Shown here piece by piece: positions 63,339 to 64,000 of a DNA stretch of 64,000 nucleotides. The stretch spans positions 25 through 64,024 of the forward strand of contig CAZFVN010000007.1 of assembly GCA_964522395.1 (NCBI GenBank), in the 5' to 3' direction. The DNA comes from an uncultured Myxococcales bacterium (GTDB lineage: Bacteria; Myxococcota_A; UBA9042; CAIXZC01). The position numbers were made by a program, and so were the translations under genes. Under the pieces are notes generated by a model, which saw only the letters and a program-made list of their open reading frames with translations, ran no database searches and was not told the DNA's origin. Within the stretch, counting starts at the first letter, position 1, and each line of letters begins with the position of its first letter.

Positions 63339-63813
63339 CTTCTCGCAGCAGCTCGCGACTCGCTTCTCCGGATGCGATAAGGTGAAAGCGCCGGCCATCG
63401 ATTCCAGTGCGCTCGATGTTGATGCGCAGATGGTCTGCATCGAAGGCCTCAGGGAAGAGTTCAAACCACTCAACGACCAGCGCAGTGCGCTCATCCAGCA
63501 GGTCTTGCAGCCCGATCCCTTCGAGTTCTTGCGCATCGGCAAGGCGATAGAGGTCGAGATGGCAGATGCGGATCTCGGTGGCATCGTAGAGATTCAGGAT
63601 TGTGAAGGTTGGACTGTTTACCGGTACGGGTTTCGGGACTCCGGCACCACGGGCGATGGCCCTGGTCAGGGTGGTCTTTCCGGCACCGAGTTCCCCGCAT
63701 AGTCCGACTACGTCACCTGGGGCCAGCGAGACTCCTAGCGCTCGCCCGAACCTGGCCGTATCCTCGTTGTCCTTGATGACGAAGCTCTCTTCCGATGTTG
63801 GCTGGTCGAGCAC
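63310..63813 (-). CDS. tsaE: tRNA threonylcarbamoyladenosine biosynthesis ATPase TsaE
   Basis: LCGELGAGKTT, VNSPTFTILNLY, HLDLYRL, VVEW. Confidence 0.92.
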   Translation of the reverse strand: MLDQPTSEESFVIKDNEDTARFGRALGVSLAPGDVVGLCGELGAGKTTLTRAIARGAGVPKPVPVNSPTFTILNLYDATEIRICHLDLYRLADAQELEGIGLQDLLDERTALVVEWFELFPEAFDADHLRINIERTGIDGRRFHLIASGEASRELLREVTKAAKSDV

Positions 63814-64000
63814 AACTCCTCCCGTGCAAACTGCACTGAAGCAGATACCACATTTCGGTTATCCCGTTAACATTAATATACGGGAGACGGCGTTTGACGT
63901 GGTGTTTGTTCGGCTTAGGCGGTTCGTCCCCCCATCGGCCCGCATGGGCCTCGGTCCCCCGGGGCCCACTGGATCCGCATCCAACTTGTAGTTCTATTAC

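Noticed and set aside
63862-63885. dif-like site (minus strand GTATATTAATGTTAA resembles the XerD arm)
   Set aside because: One extra base and no XerC arm; more simply an AT-rich promoter or operator (TCCCGT-N12-ACGGGA) upstream of tsaE
1-64000. Prophage, IS, integron, rRNA or tRNA
   Set aside because: No integrase, transposase, phage structural gene, attC array or canonical RNA gene recognised by eye; tRNAscan, barrnap and IntegronFinder were not run

Overview
A ~60% GC bacterial chromosomal window. The likely source is an uncultured Myxococcota/Deltaproteobacteria-like lineage; this is inferred from the many Cys/Asp-rich lipoproteins, myxobacterial-type outer-membrane proteins and sigma54 regulation. 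It holds about 50 CDS. Housekeeping genes: ftsK, dprA-topA-trmFO, queD, methylmalonyl-CoA mutase large subunit, arfB, asd, truA, ogt, tsaE. Accessory envelope genes: Cys-repeat surface proteins, OM beta-barrels, peptidoglycan hydrolases, Mla-type ABC components, transporters. There is one vapBC-type toxin-antitoxin pair and a double radical-SAM protein. I recognised no rRNA, tRNA, CRISPR array, integrase or transposase. Most notable observations: (1) an unannotated ~130-nt candidate sigma54-dependent small RNA (consensus -24/-12 promoter at 22957-22973, duplicated CCUCCUUCCA anti-Shine-Dalgarno-like motifs, intrinsic terminator) 2.5 kb downstream of an orphan NtrC-family activator; (2) a 2xMlaE/2xMlaF cluster whose two ATPases carry complementary defects that predict one degenerate and one consensus ATP site; (3) a PhnD-like binding lipoprotein translationally coupled to a HAMP-GGDEF cyclase, with no cognate phosphonate-type permease; (4) a stand-alone IF2-N/zinc-ribbon protein; (5) a two-domain radical SAM enzyme with no visible substrate peptide. 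All product calls come from motif recognition by eye; no database searches were run.
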